DNA of 58,894 nt, counting the filler. It is 5 parts of 5 records of this genome, joined end to end, with 100 filler letters (N's around TTAATTAATTAA, not from the genome) between each part and the next. Parts side by side here need not be neighbours in the genome. Positions count along the whole stretch, not along the records: positions 31,843 to 55,453 come from SRR20825010_7298; positions 55,554 to 58,894 come from SRR20825010_7304; 3 more parts are not named here. One strand, written 5' to 3'. Made by a program: the position numbers and the translations under genes. Under the pieces are notes generated by a model, which searched no databases, was not told the origin of the DNA, and saw only the letters and a list, made by a program, of their open reading frames with translations. Shown here in pieces: positions 50,759-58,894 of this stretch. Numbering within the stretch: position 1 is the first letter of the stretch; every line of letters starts with the position of its first letter.

Positions 50759-52870
50759 TTACCTTCTAGGGGTGAAGTGCCATGGGCGTGTACCGTCCGG
50801 TGTGCTAAATTCGGCACGTATGTCCCCATTCTTAATGTTAAATAATGCGAGGGGCGATGACGCCTCCATTTCCTCGAAGGTTATATAGAGTACACTTCCT
50901 CGGCAATATCGGCGCCAACGCCAGGAGCCGATAACCACATCACCTTGATCACATGCCTTCCTTAGGCCGCTCATTGACTTCAGCACAGTGACATATCGTT
51001 CCTGCCCCAATGCTGTTCTACACGCGTCTGGGTCACAGTGCCGATGCAAGACCCCAACATCCCTATCCGGATCAAGTCCCCAGTATCGCCGCCAACTTTC
51101 GTCCCTAAAGCCGTCCCGACGCCCCCCAACAATTAAAAGTCTCCCTGAAGACTGATCCTGCCTGGCAACAACACGTCCGCCATTGTCAATCAAAACATCA
51201 GCGACCTCACCATATGGTGCGGCGATCGATACTAGAAAGAATATGCTGACGATCCCAACAATGCGGGCATTCCTGATGATCAGCAGGCTCACAAATAGAA
51301 CGCTAGTTACGAGAAGAAACCCGTCCGAAGGTGCTCCAGACCGGAAGACCGCATAGGGCATGGACGCGAAATAATGGGAGAGATCAATGACAAACTCTAT
51401 TCCCCAACCAAGCACCACGAGCGGCCAGTGATGCAGTCCGAAGGCCATCAGAACAACACTCAGCAATGCAATTGGCATCACAATCAAGCTCATGATGGGC
51501 ACAACGATCACGTTCGCGAGGATACCGATGATTGAAAGTGTCTGAAAATGATAGAGAGCAAACGGGGCTATCGCTACCTGTGATATTAGGCTCGTGAATG
51601 CCATGAACCCCACGTAACGAATAACCCTCCCCGTAAATCCTACCTCACGTCGGGGTCGAATCCAATCATAGCGGGATATCCACTCGTAGACCGCCACGAG
51701 TGCCGCAGTTGCTGCAAAAGACATCTGGAAGCTCACACTCAAGATAGTTTCCGGCCAGATAAAAAGTATTATAAGTGCTGCAAGAGCTATGCTTCTCAGT
51801 GAAAGAACGCGTCGATCAACCAGCACAGCCAATAGCGCCACACTAATCATGATAAACGCACGCACAGTGGCCACTCCCATACCTGACAACATCAGGTATG
51901 AAAGGGCAATGCACCAAGCTAGAACCGCCGCAATCTTTTTTGGACGCACCCTCAACGCTATTGCTGGCACCGCAGCAAACATATACTCAAAGACGAAAAA
52001 TGCCGCAGCTGTAATCAAACCCATGTGTAAGCCTGAGATGGCTAATAAGTGCGCCAGCCCTGCATCCCTGATCGCCGTTGCCGTTTGTTTATCAATCAGA
52101 TGGCGGTATCCTACAATCAGGGCAACAGCGACGCCTCCTGCCTGCTCTGGTAGTACCTCCACAATTTCGTTCATTACCCTTCTTCGGGTCTCACCTATGT
52201 GGCCTAAGGGTACGAGGTCCCCTTCTGGGCGATCATGCACTGTTATCGTTGACGCAGCGAACCCCTCGGCACCAATGCTGCCAAAGAAAGCACGTCGCGC
52301 GAAGTCAAATCCGCCGGGAACTACAGGACCTGAAGGTGGTGTCAGAATGGCCTTCAGTGAGACAAAGTCGCCCGCAGCAATAGGTTTCGTTGCCTTTGTT
52401 CTCACAATCAGTCGAACATAGACGGGTAGTCCTTCCTTCTTGTCATTAATTGTCGACGGTGCAAGTATCATTCTAGGGGCTTTGTCCGGCCTTACGTCAT
52501 AGCTCTCTACAGTGCCCTCTAAAGACACGAAACGCTCGACGGTGAACCTCGGCGCGGCGACAGTAGCCACTCGAATGCTTGCCATCAAAAGGCCAAGCAA
52601 GACCATCATCAAACAAAGCACAGCGCTGTTCCGCCATGCGCGGCGCATGGTACAAACGATACCGACCACTATGGTCAGCGGTAGAAAGAAAGTTACGCCA
52701 GGAATCTCGTAGGGCAACCAGATATAGACACCGCAGGCCAAACCAAAACAGATTGTCAGACCAATCAATCGCCACTCGCTATGGAGCTGAGATTTGCCCG
52801 CAAGAATGCCATGACCTTTCAAGACATTTGTCAGCCGCCCTAGCACCTGTGCCAAATCCCTACCCCTCAT
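50759..52870 (-). CDS. comEC: ComEC/Rec2 competence channel protein
   Basis: PGGFDF, AGLAHLLAISGLHMG and SFQMSFAA; many TM helices. Conserved lexA-comEC-gltX-gltA order. Confidence 0.93.
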   Translation of the reverse strand: MRGRDLAQVLGRLTNVLKGHGILAGKSQLHSEWRLIGLTICFGLACGVYIWLPYEIPGVTFFLPLTIVVGIVCTMRRAWRNSAVLCLMMVLLGLLMASIRVATVAAPRFTVERFVSLEGTVESYDVRPDKAPRMILAPSTINDKKEGLPVYVRLIVRTKATKPIAAGDFVSLKAILTPPSGPVVPGGFDFARRAFFGSIGAEGFAASTITVHDRPEGDLVPLGHIGETRRRVMNEIVEVLPEQAGGVAVALIVGYRHLIDKQTATAIRDAGLAHLLAISGLHMGLITAAAFFVFEYMFAAVPAIALRVRPKKIAAVLAWCIALSYLMLSGMGVATVRAFIMISVALLAVLVDRRVLSLRSIALAALIILFIWPETILSVSFQMSFAATAALVAVYEWISRYDWIRPRREVGFTGRVIRYVGFMAFTSLISQVAIAPFALYHFQTLSIIGILANVIVVPIMSLIVMPIALLSVVLMAFGLHHWPLVVLGWGIEFVIDLSHYFASMPYAVFRSGAPSDGFLLVTSVLFVSLLIIRNARIVGIVSIFFLVSIAAPYGEVADVLIDNGGRVVARQDQSSGRLLIVGGRRDGFRDESWRRYWGLDPDRDVGVLHRHCDPDACRTALGQERYVTVLKSMSGLRKACDQGDVVIGSWRWRRYCRGSVLYITFEEMEASSPLALFNIKNGDIRAEFSTPDGTRPWHFTPRR

Positions 52871-53063
52871 ACGAATACTGCACTACCCACACCTTCTGCA
52901 TAGTAGAAAGTGTGGATAAGAACAGAATATATTTTTTGTTCTGCAGCAATTTGTGTTGTTTGAAAACTTGTGCTAAAAGCCATTCAAGACTTCTCGACCG
53001 CTGCTATTATACATTTCCAGCATCGGTATTTTGTTAGAAACAACAAAGGTTTAGATCCTGAGC

Positions 53064-54479
53064 ATGCAAAGTGACATGCCCAAAGTGGTAACGCGGTTTG
53101 CGCCGTCTCCAACAGGCTTCCTCCACATCGGCGGGGCCCGGACAGCTCTCTATAATTGGCTCTTTGCGCGCCATCATGGCGGCAATTTCCTGCTTCGTAT
53201 AGAAGATACAGACAAAAAACGCTCAACAGATGAAGCTATCGAAGCCATTTTGCGTGGTATGTCATGGCTTGGTCTCGATTGGGACGGCGATGCCGTTAGC
53301 CAGGCGGAAAGAGCGGATAGGCATAAAGAGGTGGCGCTTGCAATGCTGGCCGCAGGCAATGCCTATCGCTGCTATGCAACGACAGAGGAACTGACAGAGG
53401 CCCGCGAAAAAGCTCGCGCTGAAGGCCGCAATTTCCGCGGTGACTTGTGGCGTGGACGCGAGGTCGACGGTTCGCTCGCAGACGCACCCTATTCTATTCG
53501 CGTCAAAATGCCGCGCGAGGGTGAAGTAACGATCCGCGATGCAGTACAAGGTGACGTATCTGTCAAGAACGCCGAGCTTGATGATATGATCATCCTCCGC
53601 TCAGATGGCACACCAACCTATATGTTAGCAGTGGTTGTTGACGACCATGATATGGGGGTGACCCATGTCATTCGCGGCGACGACCATCTGAACAATGCGT
53701 TTCGGCAGTATCAGATATATAGAGCCATGAATTGGTCTGTACCGGTGTTTGCTCATATTCCCCTGATCCACGGGCCGGACGGTAAAAAGCTGTCAAAACG
53801 GCATGGTGCTCTGGGTGTTGAAGGGTATGAAGAAATGGGCTTCCTGCCGGAAGCCATGCGCAACTATTTGCTTCGCCTAGGCTGGAGCCACGGGGACGAT
53901 GAAATTATCAGCACCGAGCAGGCAACTGAATGGTTTACGTTAGATAACGTAGGCCGTAGCCCTGCCCGCTTTGATTTTGACAAGCTGGATAATCTCAATA
54001 ATCACTATATTCGTGACAGTGACCCAGAACGGCTCTTGTCAAATGTACAAAGCGAACTAGAAAATAGGGTGGGTCACTCACTAACAGAGATAGAGGCGTC
54101 CCGGATTATCCGCGCGATGCCCGCGCTCACGGAACGGGCAAAAAGATTGCCTGAACTTGTTGAAAGCGCGTCTCTTTTTTGTAACACACGACCGTTAGAC
54201 CTAACGGAAAATGCCGCTAGGCAATTAACCGAAGAAACTCTTCCGGTAATTGCTCAAGTGGCTAACGAATTGGAAGCCCTCACCGACTGGAATGGCTCGG
54301 TGATTAAAGCTGCCATTATGGCTTTTGCTGAAGCAGAAGCCCTTAAACTAGGCAAAGTGATGCAGCCGATAAGGGCCGCCGTGACGGGAGGGAAACAGTC
54401 CGGCGACCTCGTAGAGACTTTGGAGATATTAGGCCAGAGCGAGACGATCGGCCGCTTGAGGGACCGCGTTGCCGCGTAA
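53064..54479 (+). CDS. gltX: Glutamate--tRNA ligase
   Basis: RFAPSPTGFLHIGG, LRIEDTD, THVIRGDDH and KLSKRHG. Confidence 0.97.
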   Translation: MQSDMPKVVTRFAPSPTGFLHIGGARTALYNWLFARHHGGNFLLRIEDTDKKRSTDEAIEAILRGMSWLGLDWDGDAVSQAERADRHKEVALAMLAAGNAYRCYATTEELTEAREKARAEGRNFRGDLWRGREVDGSLADAPYSIRVKMPREGEVTIRDAVQGDVSVKNAELDDMIILRSDGTPTYMLAVVVDDHDMGVTHVIRGDDHLNNAFRQYQIYRAMNWSVPVFAHIPLIHGPDGKKLSKRHGALGVEGYEEMGFLPEAMRNYLLRLGWSHGDDEIISTEQATEWFTLDNVGRSPARFDFDKLDNLNNHYIRDSDPERLLSNVQSELENRVGHSLTEIEASRIIRAMPALTERAKRLPELVESASLFCNTRPLDLTENAARQLTEETLPVIAQVANELEALTDWNGSVIKAAIMAFAEAEALKLGKVMQPIRAAVTGGKQSGDLVETLEILGQSETIGRLRDRVAA

Positions 54480-54530
54480 TCCTTAGTTCGGGCCACCCGA
54501 ACGATTGATTTTTGAGAAGGAGTAAGGACC

Positions 54531-55453
54531 ATGTCGAATGATCCCCTTAAACTGGCCGGCGCCGGCGCTGACGTCGACCTTCCTATTATGGAGGGGTCTG
54601 TAGGTCCGAAGGTGATGGATATCCGGAAGCTATATGCTCAAACCGGAATGTTCACCTTTGACCCCGGTTTTACGTCCACAGCCAGTTGTGAGTCTAAAAT
54701 CACCTATATTGACGGTGAAAAAGGCGAGCTTCAATACCGAGGCTACCCAATTGAACAGTTAGCTGCAAATAGCGACTTCATGGAAGTCTGTTACGTTCTC
54801 TTGTTTGGTGAACTGCCTACAAAAGCAGAAAAAGAGAAATTTGTTCACGATATTACCCACCACACGATGGTACATGAACAACTTCACCGTTTCTTCAGCG
54901 GGTTCCGCCGTGATGCCCACCCTATGGCCATCATGGTTGGCGTTGTTGGCGCTCTTGCAGCTTTCTATCATGACAGCACGGATATCAACGATCCACATCA
55001 ACGTATGGTCGCTAGCTACCGTCTGATTGCAAAGATCCCGACGATCGCTGCTATGGCGTACAAATATTCTGTCGGCCAACCATTTGTGTATCCGCGGAAC
55101 GAGCTTTCTTATGCAGGCAACTTCCTACACATGATGTTCTCGGTCCCAGCCGAGGAGTATAAAGTCAGCCCCACGCTTGAAAAGGCCATGGACTTGATCT
55201 TTATCCTCCACGCGGACCATGAACAAAATGCGTCTACATCAACAGTTCGCCTTGCAGGGTCATCCGGTGCTAACCCGTTTGCTTGCATTGCAGCAGGTAT
55301 TGCTTGTCTATGGGGCCCTGCTCACGGCGGCGCTAACGAAGCCTGCCTGAATATGCTTCAGGAAATTGGCACCGTTGATCGTATTCCAGAGTTTGTTGCT
55401 CGCGCCAAAGACAGGAACGATCCGTTCCGCCTGATGGGCTTTGGTCACCGCGT
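54531..55453 (+). CDS. gltA: Citrate synthase (3' truncated)
   Basis: [39 protein letters not shown] and LMGFGHR. Confidence 0.97.
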
Positions 55454-55553
55454 NNNNNNNNNNNNNNNNNNNNNNNNNNNNNNNNNNNNNNNNNNNNTTA
55501 ATTAATTAANNNNNNNNNNNNNNNNNNNNNNNNNNNNNNNNNNNNNNNNNNNN
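55454..55553. other. Artificial contig linker
   Basis: N44-TTAATTAATTAA-N44. Confidence 0.98.
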
Positions 55554-55555
55554 CG

Positions 55556-55813
55556 ATCCTGGGGCTGGGCCTGGGGCCTGTGGGCGGGGCGTTCTTTCTT
55601 TGGGACATCGCGACCAAGCACGGGGATTTGCGGGTGCTGGGTGCGGCGGCCTATCTGGCGCCCCTGTTGTCCACACTGGTGCTGGTGGTGGCGGGTGCGG
55701 CAGTTGCAACCTGGCAGGTCGGACTGGCGTGTCTGCTGATCACCGGCGGCGCGGTGCTGGCCAGTCTCGACATGCTGCGCCGCGCCCCGCATGATCCCGG
55801 CAATACGTCGTGA
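55556..55813 (+). CDS. EamA/DMT (YddG-like) transporter, C-terminal part (5' truncated)
   Basis: LGLGPVGGAFFLWD..K.GD.R.LG...Y.APLLST pattern. Confidence 0.8.
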   Translation: MLGLGLGPVGGAFFLWDIATKHGDLRVLGAAAYLAPLLSTLVLVVAGAAVATWQVGLACLLITGGAVLASLDMLRRAPHDPGNTS

Positions 55814-55844
55814 TCCACCTGAGACACGGAAGACTGAGAAGCCA

Positions 55845-56609
55845 ATGTGGCGTCCGGACATCATTGATCTGAGCCAGTTCTATTCAGACCCGCTGGGGCA
55901 TCTGGTGCGCCGTCATGTGGGTCAGACGCTGGCGCAATTCTGGCCGGATGTGCGCGGCCAGAAGGTACTGGGGCTGGGCTATGCGACGCCTTTCCTGCGC
56001 CCCTTGCTGGGCACGGCAGATCGGGTACTGGCGGCAATGCCCGCCAATCAGGGCATCCAGCACTGGCCGCGGGAGGGGCCGAACCGGGTCTTTCTGGGGG
56101 ATGAACTGGAATTGCCCCTGCCGGATCAGAGCATGGACCGCATCGTGGTCGTTCACGCACTGGAGACGACGGAGGCAGCGCGGCCCCTGCTGCGCGAAGT
56201 CTGGCGGGTGCTGGACAGCGGCGGGCGCGCCCTGTTCATCGTGCCGAACCGGCGTGGCCTCTGGTCCCGCGCGGAACACACGCCGTTCGGTCACGGCCAC
56301 CCCTATACGGTGGGGCAGCTCTCCCGCCTGCTGCGCGCCAACATGTACCTGCCGGAACAGACCCAGACCGCGCTGCATTTCCCGCCCTTTTCATGGCGAC
56401 CGCTGCTGCGCGCCAACCGATTGTTTGAACGCATCGGCCCGCAGATCCTGCCCGGTTTTGCCGGACTGGTGATGGTGGAAGCGTCAAAACAGGTCTTCGC
56501 CGTGACCCCGCTGCGGGATCGCAGGCGCAGGCGTATCCGCTTCGCCCCGGCGCTCAGCCCGGCCACCCGGACAATGTCCGGCCCCAACGACAGACAGGCA
56601 GACCCATGA
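55845..56609 (+). CDS. Class I SAM-dependent methyltransferase
   Basis: LGLGYATPF, MPANQG, LPLPDQSMDRIVVVHALE, PNRRGLW and TPFGHG. Confidence 0.88.
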   Translation: MWRPDIIDLSQFYSDPLGHLVRRHVGQTLAQFWPDVRGQKVLGLGYATPFLRPLLGTADRVLAAMPANQGIQHWPREGPNRVFLGDELELPLPDQSMDRIVVVHALETTEAARPLLREVWRVLDSGGRALFIVPNRRGLWSRAEHTPFGHGHPYTVGQLSRLLRANMYLPEQTQTALHFPPFSWRPLLRANRLFERIGPQILPGFAGLVMVEASKQVFAVTPLRDRRRRRIRFAPALSPATRTMSGPNDRQADP

Positions 56610-58180
56610 CCCGACCCCGCAATATCCTGTTCGTCATGGCCGATCAGTTGCGCCATGACTATCTGGGCTGCACTGGCCATCCGACGATCCGCACACCGGT
56701 GATTGACAGTCTGGCGCAGCGCGGGGTTCGCTTCGCCAACAGTTTCGTGCAGGCAGCGGTCTGTGGCCCTTCGCGGATGTCGTTCTATACCGGGCGCTAT
56801 GCGGCCAGCCATGGTGCCAGCTACAACCAGTATCCCCTGCGCGCCGATGAATTGACCCTGGGCGATTACATGGCACCGCTGGGCGTGCGTACCGCGCTGG
56901 CGGGCAAGACCCACATGAAGGCCGATGAAGCTGGGATCCGGCGGCTGGGTCTCGACCCTGCCGCGGGCCGGGGGCGGTTTCTGGCGGAATGCGGGTTCGA
57001 ACCGTTTGACCGCGATGACGGGCTGCACCGCCTTGCCCCCCATGTGCCGGATGTCGCCTATGAGCGATATTTGCGCAACAAGGGGTACGAAGGCACGAAC
57101 CTCTGGCACGAAATCGCCAATTCCGCGCGCCGTGATGACGGTGAAGACCCGTCCGGCTGGCTGATGCGCAACGCCCGCTATGCCGCCGTCGTGCGCGAAG
57201 AAGACAGCGAAACCGCCTACATGACCCGCCGCGCCATGGATTTCATGAAGGACGCGGGGGATGCCCCCTGGTGCCTGCATCTGTCGTACATCAAGCCGCA
57301 CTGGCCCTATATCGCGCCGGATCCCTATCACGCGAAATACGGCAAGGGCGATGTACTGCCAGGTAATCGTGGACTGGGGGAGGGGGAGGCGCATCCCGTG
57401 CTTGGTGCCTTTCGCCAGCATCCGGAATCCATCGCCTTTCGCGAAGATGAATGCCGCGACACGGTGATCCCCGCCTATATGGGCCTGATCGAACAGGTCG
57501 ATGATCATCTTGGCCGCCTGCTCGCTTTCATGGATGAACGGGGCCTGCTGGATGACACGCTGATCGTGGTGACCAGCGATCACGGGGATTATTTGGGCGA
57601 CCACGGCCTGGGGGAAAAGGAACTGTTCTTCGAGGATGCGCTGCGCATCCCGCTGATCATTGCAGATCCTTCACCCGCCGCCGACAGCAGCCGTGGCACG
57701 GTGGTCGAAGACATGGTGGAAGCCATCGACCTTGTTCCGACATTCATCGAACGGCTGGGCGGCGAGGTGGAGGGACAGCGGTTGGAGGGGCGGTCGCTGG
57801 CACCATTCCTGACAGGTGACGCGACCGCAGGCGACTGGCGCGACGCCGTGTTCGCCGAATGCGATTTTTCCCTGCGCCACGCCCGCAAGACCCTGGATCT
57901 GGCCCCGATGGACGCGCGTGCCTGCATGATCCGCACGGGACGCTGGAAATACGTGCATCACGTTCGTTTCCGCCCCGAACTCTACGACCTGCAGAATGAT
58001 CCGCTGGAACAGCAGGATCTGGGGGGGGATCCGGGACATGAAACCGTTCGTGCCGAACTGGCGACACGGCTGTTCGACTGGCTGTACCAGCGCCGCAGCC
58101 GCGTCGGCGTCAGTGATGACTGGATACGCCAGTCCACTGGCATGGCGTTCAAGCGCGGTTACCGGTTCGGCTATTGGTGA
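56606..58180 (+). CDS. Cytoplasmic sulfatase / phosphonate monoester hydrolase-like alkaline phosphatase superfamily enzyme
   Basis: NILFVMADQLR, CGPSRMSFYTGR, GKTH, PHWPY and TSDHGD. No signal peptide. ATGA overlap with the methyltransferase gene. Confidence 0.88.
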   Translation: MTRPRNILFVMADQLRHDYLGCTGHPTIRTPVIDSLAQRGVRFANSFVQAAVCGPSRMSFYTGRYAASHGASYNQYPLRADELTLGDYMAPLGVRTALAGKTHMKADEAGIRRLGLDPAAGRGRFLAECGFEPFDRDDGLHRLAPHVPDVAYERYLRNKGYEGTNLWHEIANSARRDDGEDPSGWLMRNARYAAVVREEDSETAYMTRRAMDFMKDAGDAPWCLHLSYIKPHWPYIAPDPYHAKYGKGDVLPGNRGLGEGEAHPVLGAFRQHPESIAFREDECRDTVIPAYMGLIEQVDDHLGRLLAFMDERGLLDDTLIVVTSDHGDYLGDHGLGEKELFFEDALRIPLIIADPSPAADSSRGTVVEDMVEAIDLVPTFIERLGGEVEGQRLEGRSLAPFLTGDATAGDWRDAVFAECDFSLRHARKTLDLAPMDARACMIRTGRWKYVHHVRFRPELYDLQNDPLEQQDLGGDPGHETVRAELATRLFDWLYQRRSRVGVSDDWIRQSTGMAFKRGYRFGYW

Positions 58181-58211
58181 CACCGGTTTGAGGCCAGTCG
58201 TAGCCTGCCCG

Positions 58212-58894
58212 TCAGTCGCGGCCCCCCAGCCGCAACCGCACGGTACGGGCCGAGACGCGCACGGGTGGCGCGACATCGCACGTGGCGGGATCGATGGGTG
58301 AACCGTCAATGGTCAGGGACGCGGCGCCCGTGCTTATCGATCCGGCATAGCGCCCGACCGTGAAGCTGAACTGGCCCGCGCCGTCCTGTCGGGCGCTGGA
58401 CCGGGGTGTTGGCTGGTCCTGATCCAGCGTGATCAGGGTGAGCTGGTCCAGTGTGGGCGACTTGTGCCTGGTCACGAATGCGCCGTGAAACTGGTCCACG
58501 GGCGCGACGCCATCCCTGGTCTTCGGCTTTGTCGGAAAACCCCTGTTCTGAACCAGGGTCATCTCCGGGCCGAGCAGAACCTGCAGGTGAGCCTTTGCCG
58601 GGCCGTTGCGGATGGATGCCGCCCGGTCACCCGCGGTCCTGATCTGCGTCGCCGAATGGAAGTTCCATTCCCAGATGCGGGGGCTGTCGGCGTCCATGTG
58701 ATCGGCGACCAGAACCTGGCCGTCCGGCAGGGACACCAGGGTTCGCACGGCGCGGGTGATGCCCTGGCCATAGGCACCCGTCGCATCGCCGCGCATCATC
58801 ACCACGCCCTGACAGCGCCAGTACCCCAGGATCCGGCCCTTGGCGGACGGGTCGTCAATCGGCTGGCCCTTGCCGCCGTCAAAGGTAATGGCGT
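58212..58894 (-). CDS. Heparinase II/III-like polysaccharide lyase, C-terminal part (5' truncated by the window edge)
   Basis: Frame is open to the window edge: AITFDGGKGQ...GDATGAY...RTLV...VADH...WEWNFHS, resembling the beta-sandwich of heparinase II/III and oligoalginate lyases. Confidence 0.55.
   Translation of the reverse strand, partial: AITFDGGKGQPIDDPSAKGRILGYWRCQGVVMMRGDATGAYGQGITRAVRTLVSLPDGQVLVADHMDADSPRIWEWNFHSATQIRTAGDRAASIRNGPAKAHLQVLLGPEMTLVQNRGFPTKPKTRDGVAPVDQFHGAFVTRHKSPTLDQLTLITLDQDQPTPRSSARQDGAGQFSFTVGRYAGSISTGAASLTIDGSPIDPATCDVAPPVRVSARTVRLRLGGRD

Overview
The window is not one continuous locus. It is five unrelated contig fragments joined by four artificial 100-nt linkers (N44-TTAATTAATTAA-N44 at 11821-11920, 17330-17429, 31743-31842 and 55454-55553). 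All five look alphaproteobacterial, and fragment 4 is visibly lower in GC. Fragment 1 (1-11820): ychF, a dienelactone hydrolase, an ohrR-ohr-gpx peroxide cluster, a probably exported sulfatase with its formylglycine-generating enzyme, a lipoprotein, an mtnP-apt-mtnA-class II aldolase (DHAP-shunt-type) SAM by-product salvage operon, and petBC. Fragment 2 (11921-17329): carotenoid part of a purple-bacterial photosynthesis gene cluster (crtF, crtE, crtD, crtC, a small ORF, crtB, crtI) with tandem PpsR boxes and a long crtD/crtC overlap. Fragment 3 (17430-31742) is the most accessory-rich: fumC, a GntR / ThDP enzyme / TctCBA catabolic module of unknown substrate, an MFS transporter, a CoA transferase, an MDR oxidoreductase, two LysR genes, a DUF4437-like cupin, a leftover LysR 5' stub with a conserved promoter, and the start of an Orn/Lys/Arg decarboxylase. 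Fragment 4 (31843-55453): core genes pdhBA, ftsB, eno, pyrG, secG, tpiA, ppiD, trpE/G/D/C, moaC, moeA, lexA (with SOS boxes), comEC, gltX and gltA. kdsA is missing from its usual slot and two exported proteins sit there instead. Fragment 5 (55554-58894): end of an EamA gene, a methyltransferase, a sulfatase-family hydrolase, and the end of a heparinase II/III-like gene. No rRNA, tRNA, CRISPR array or transposase was recognised. The best candidates for undescribed biology are the GntR-ThDP-TTT module and the LysR/DUF4437 block with its duplicated LysR start and shared operator. All calls are by-eye motif recognition with no database searches.
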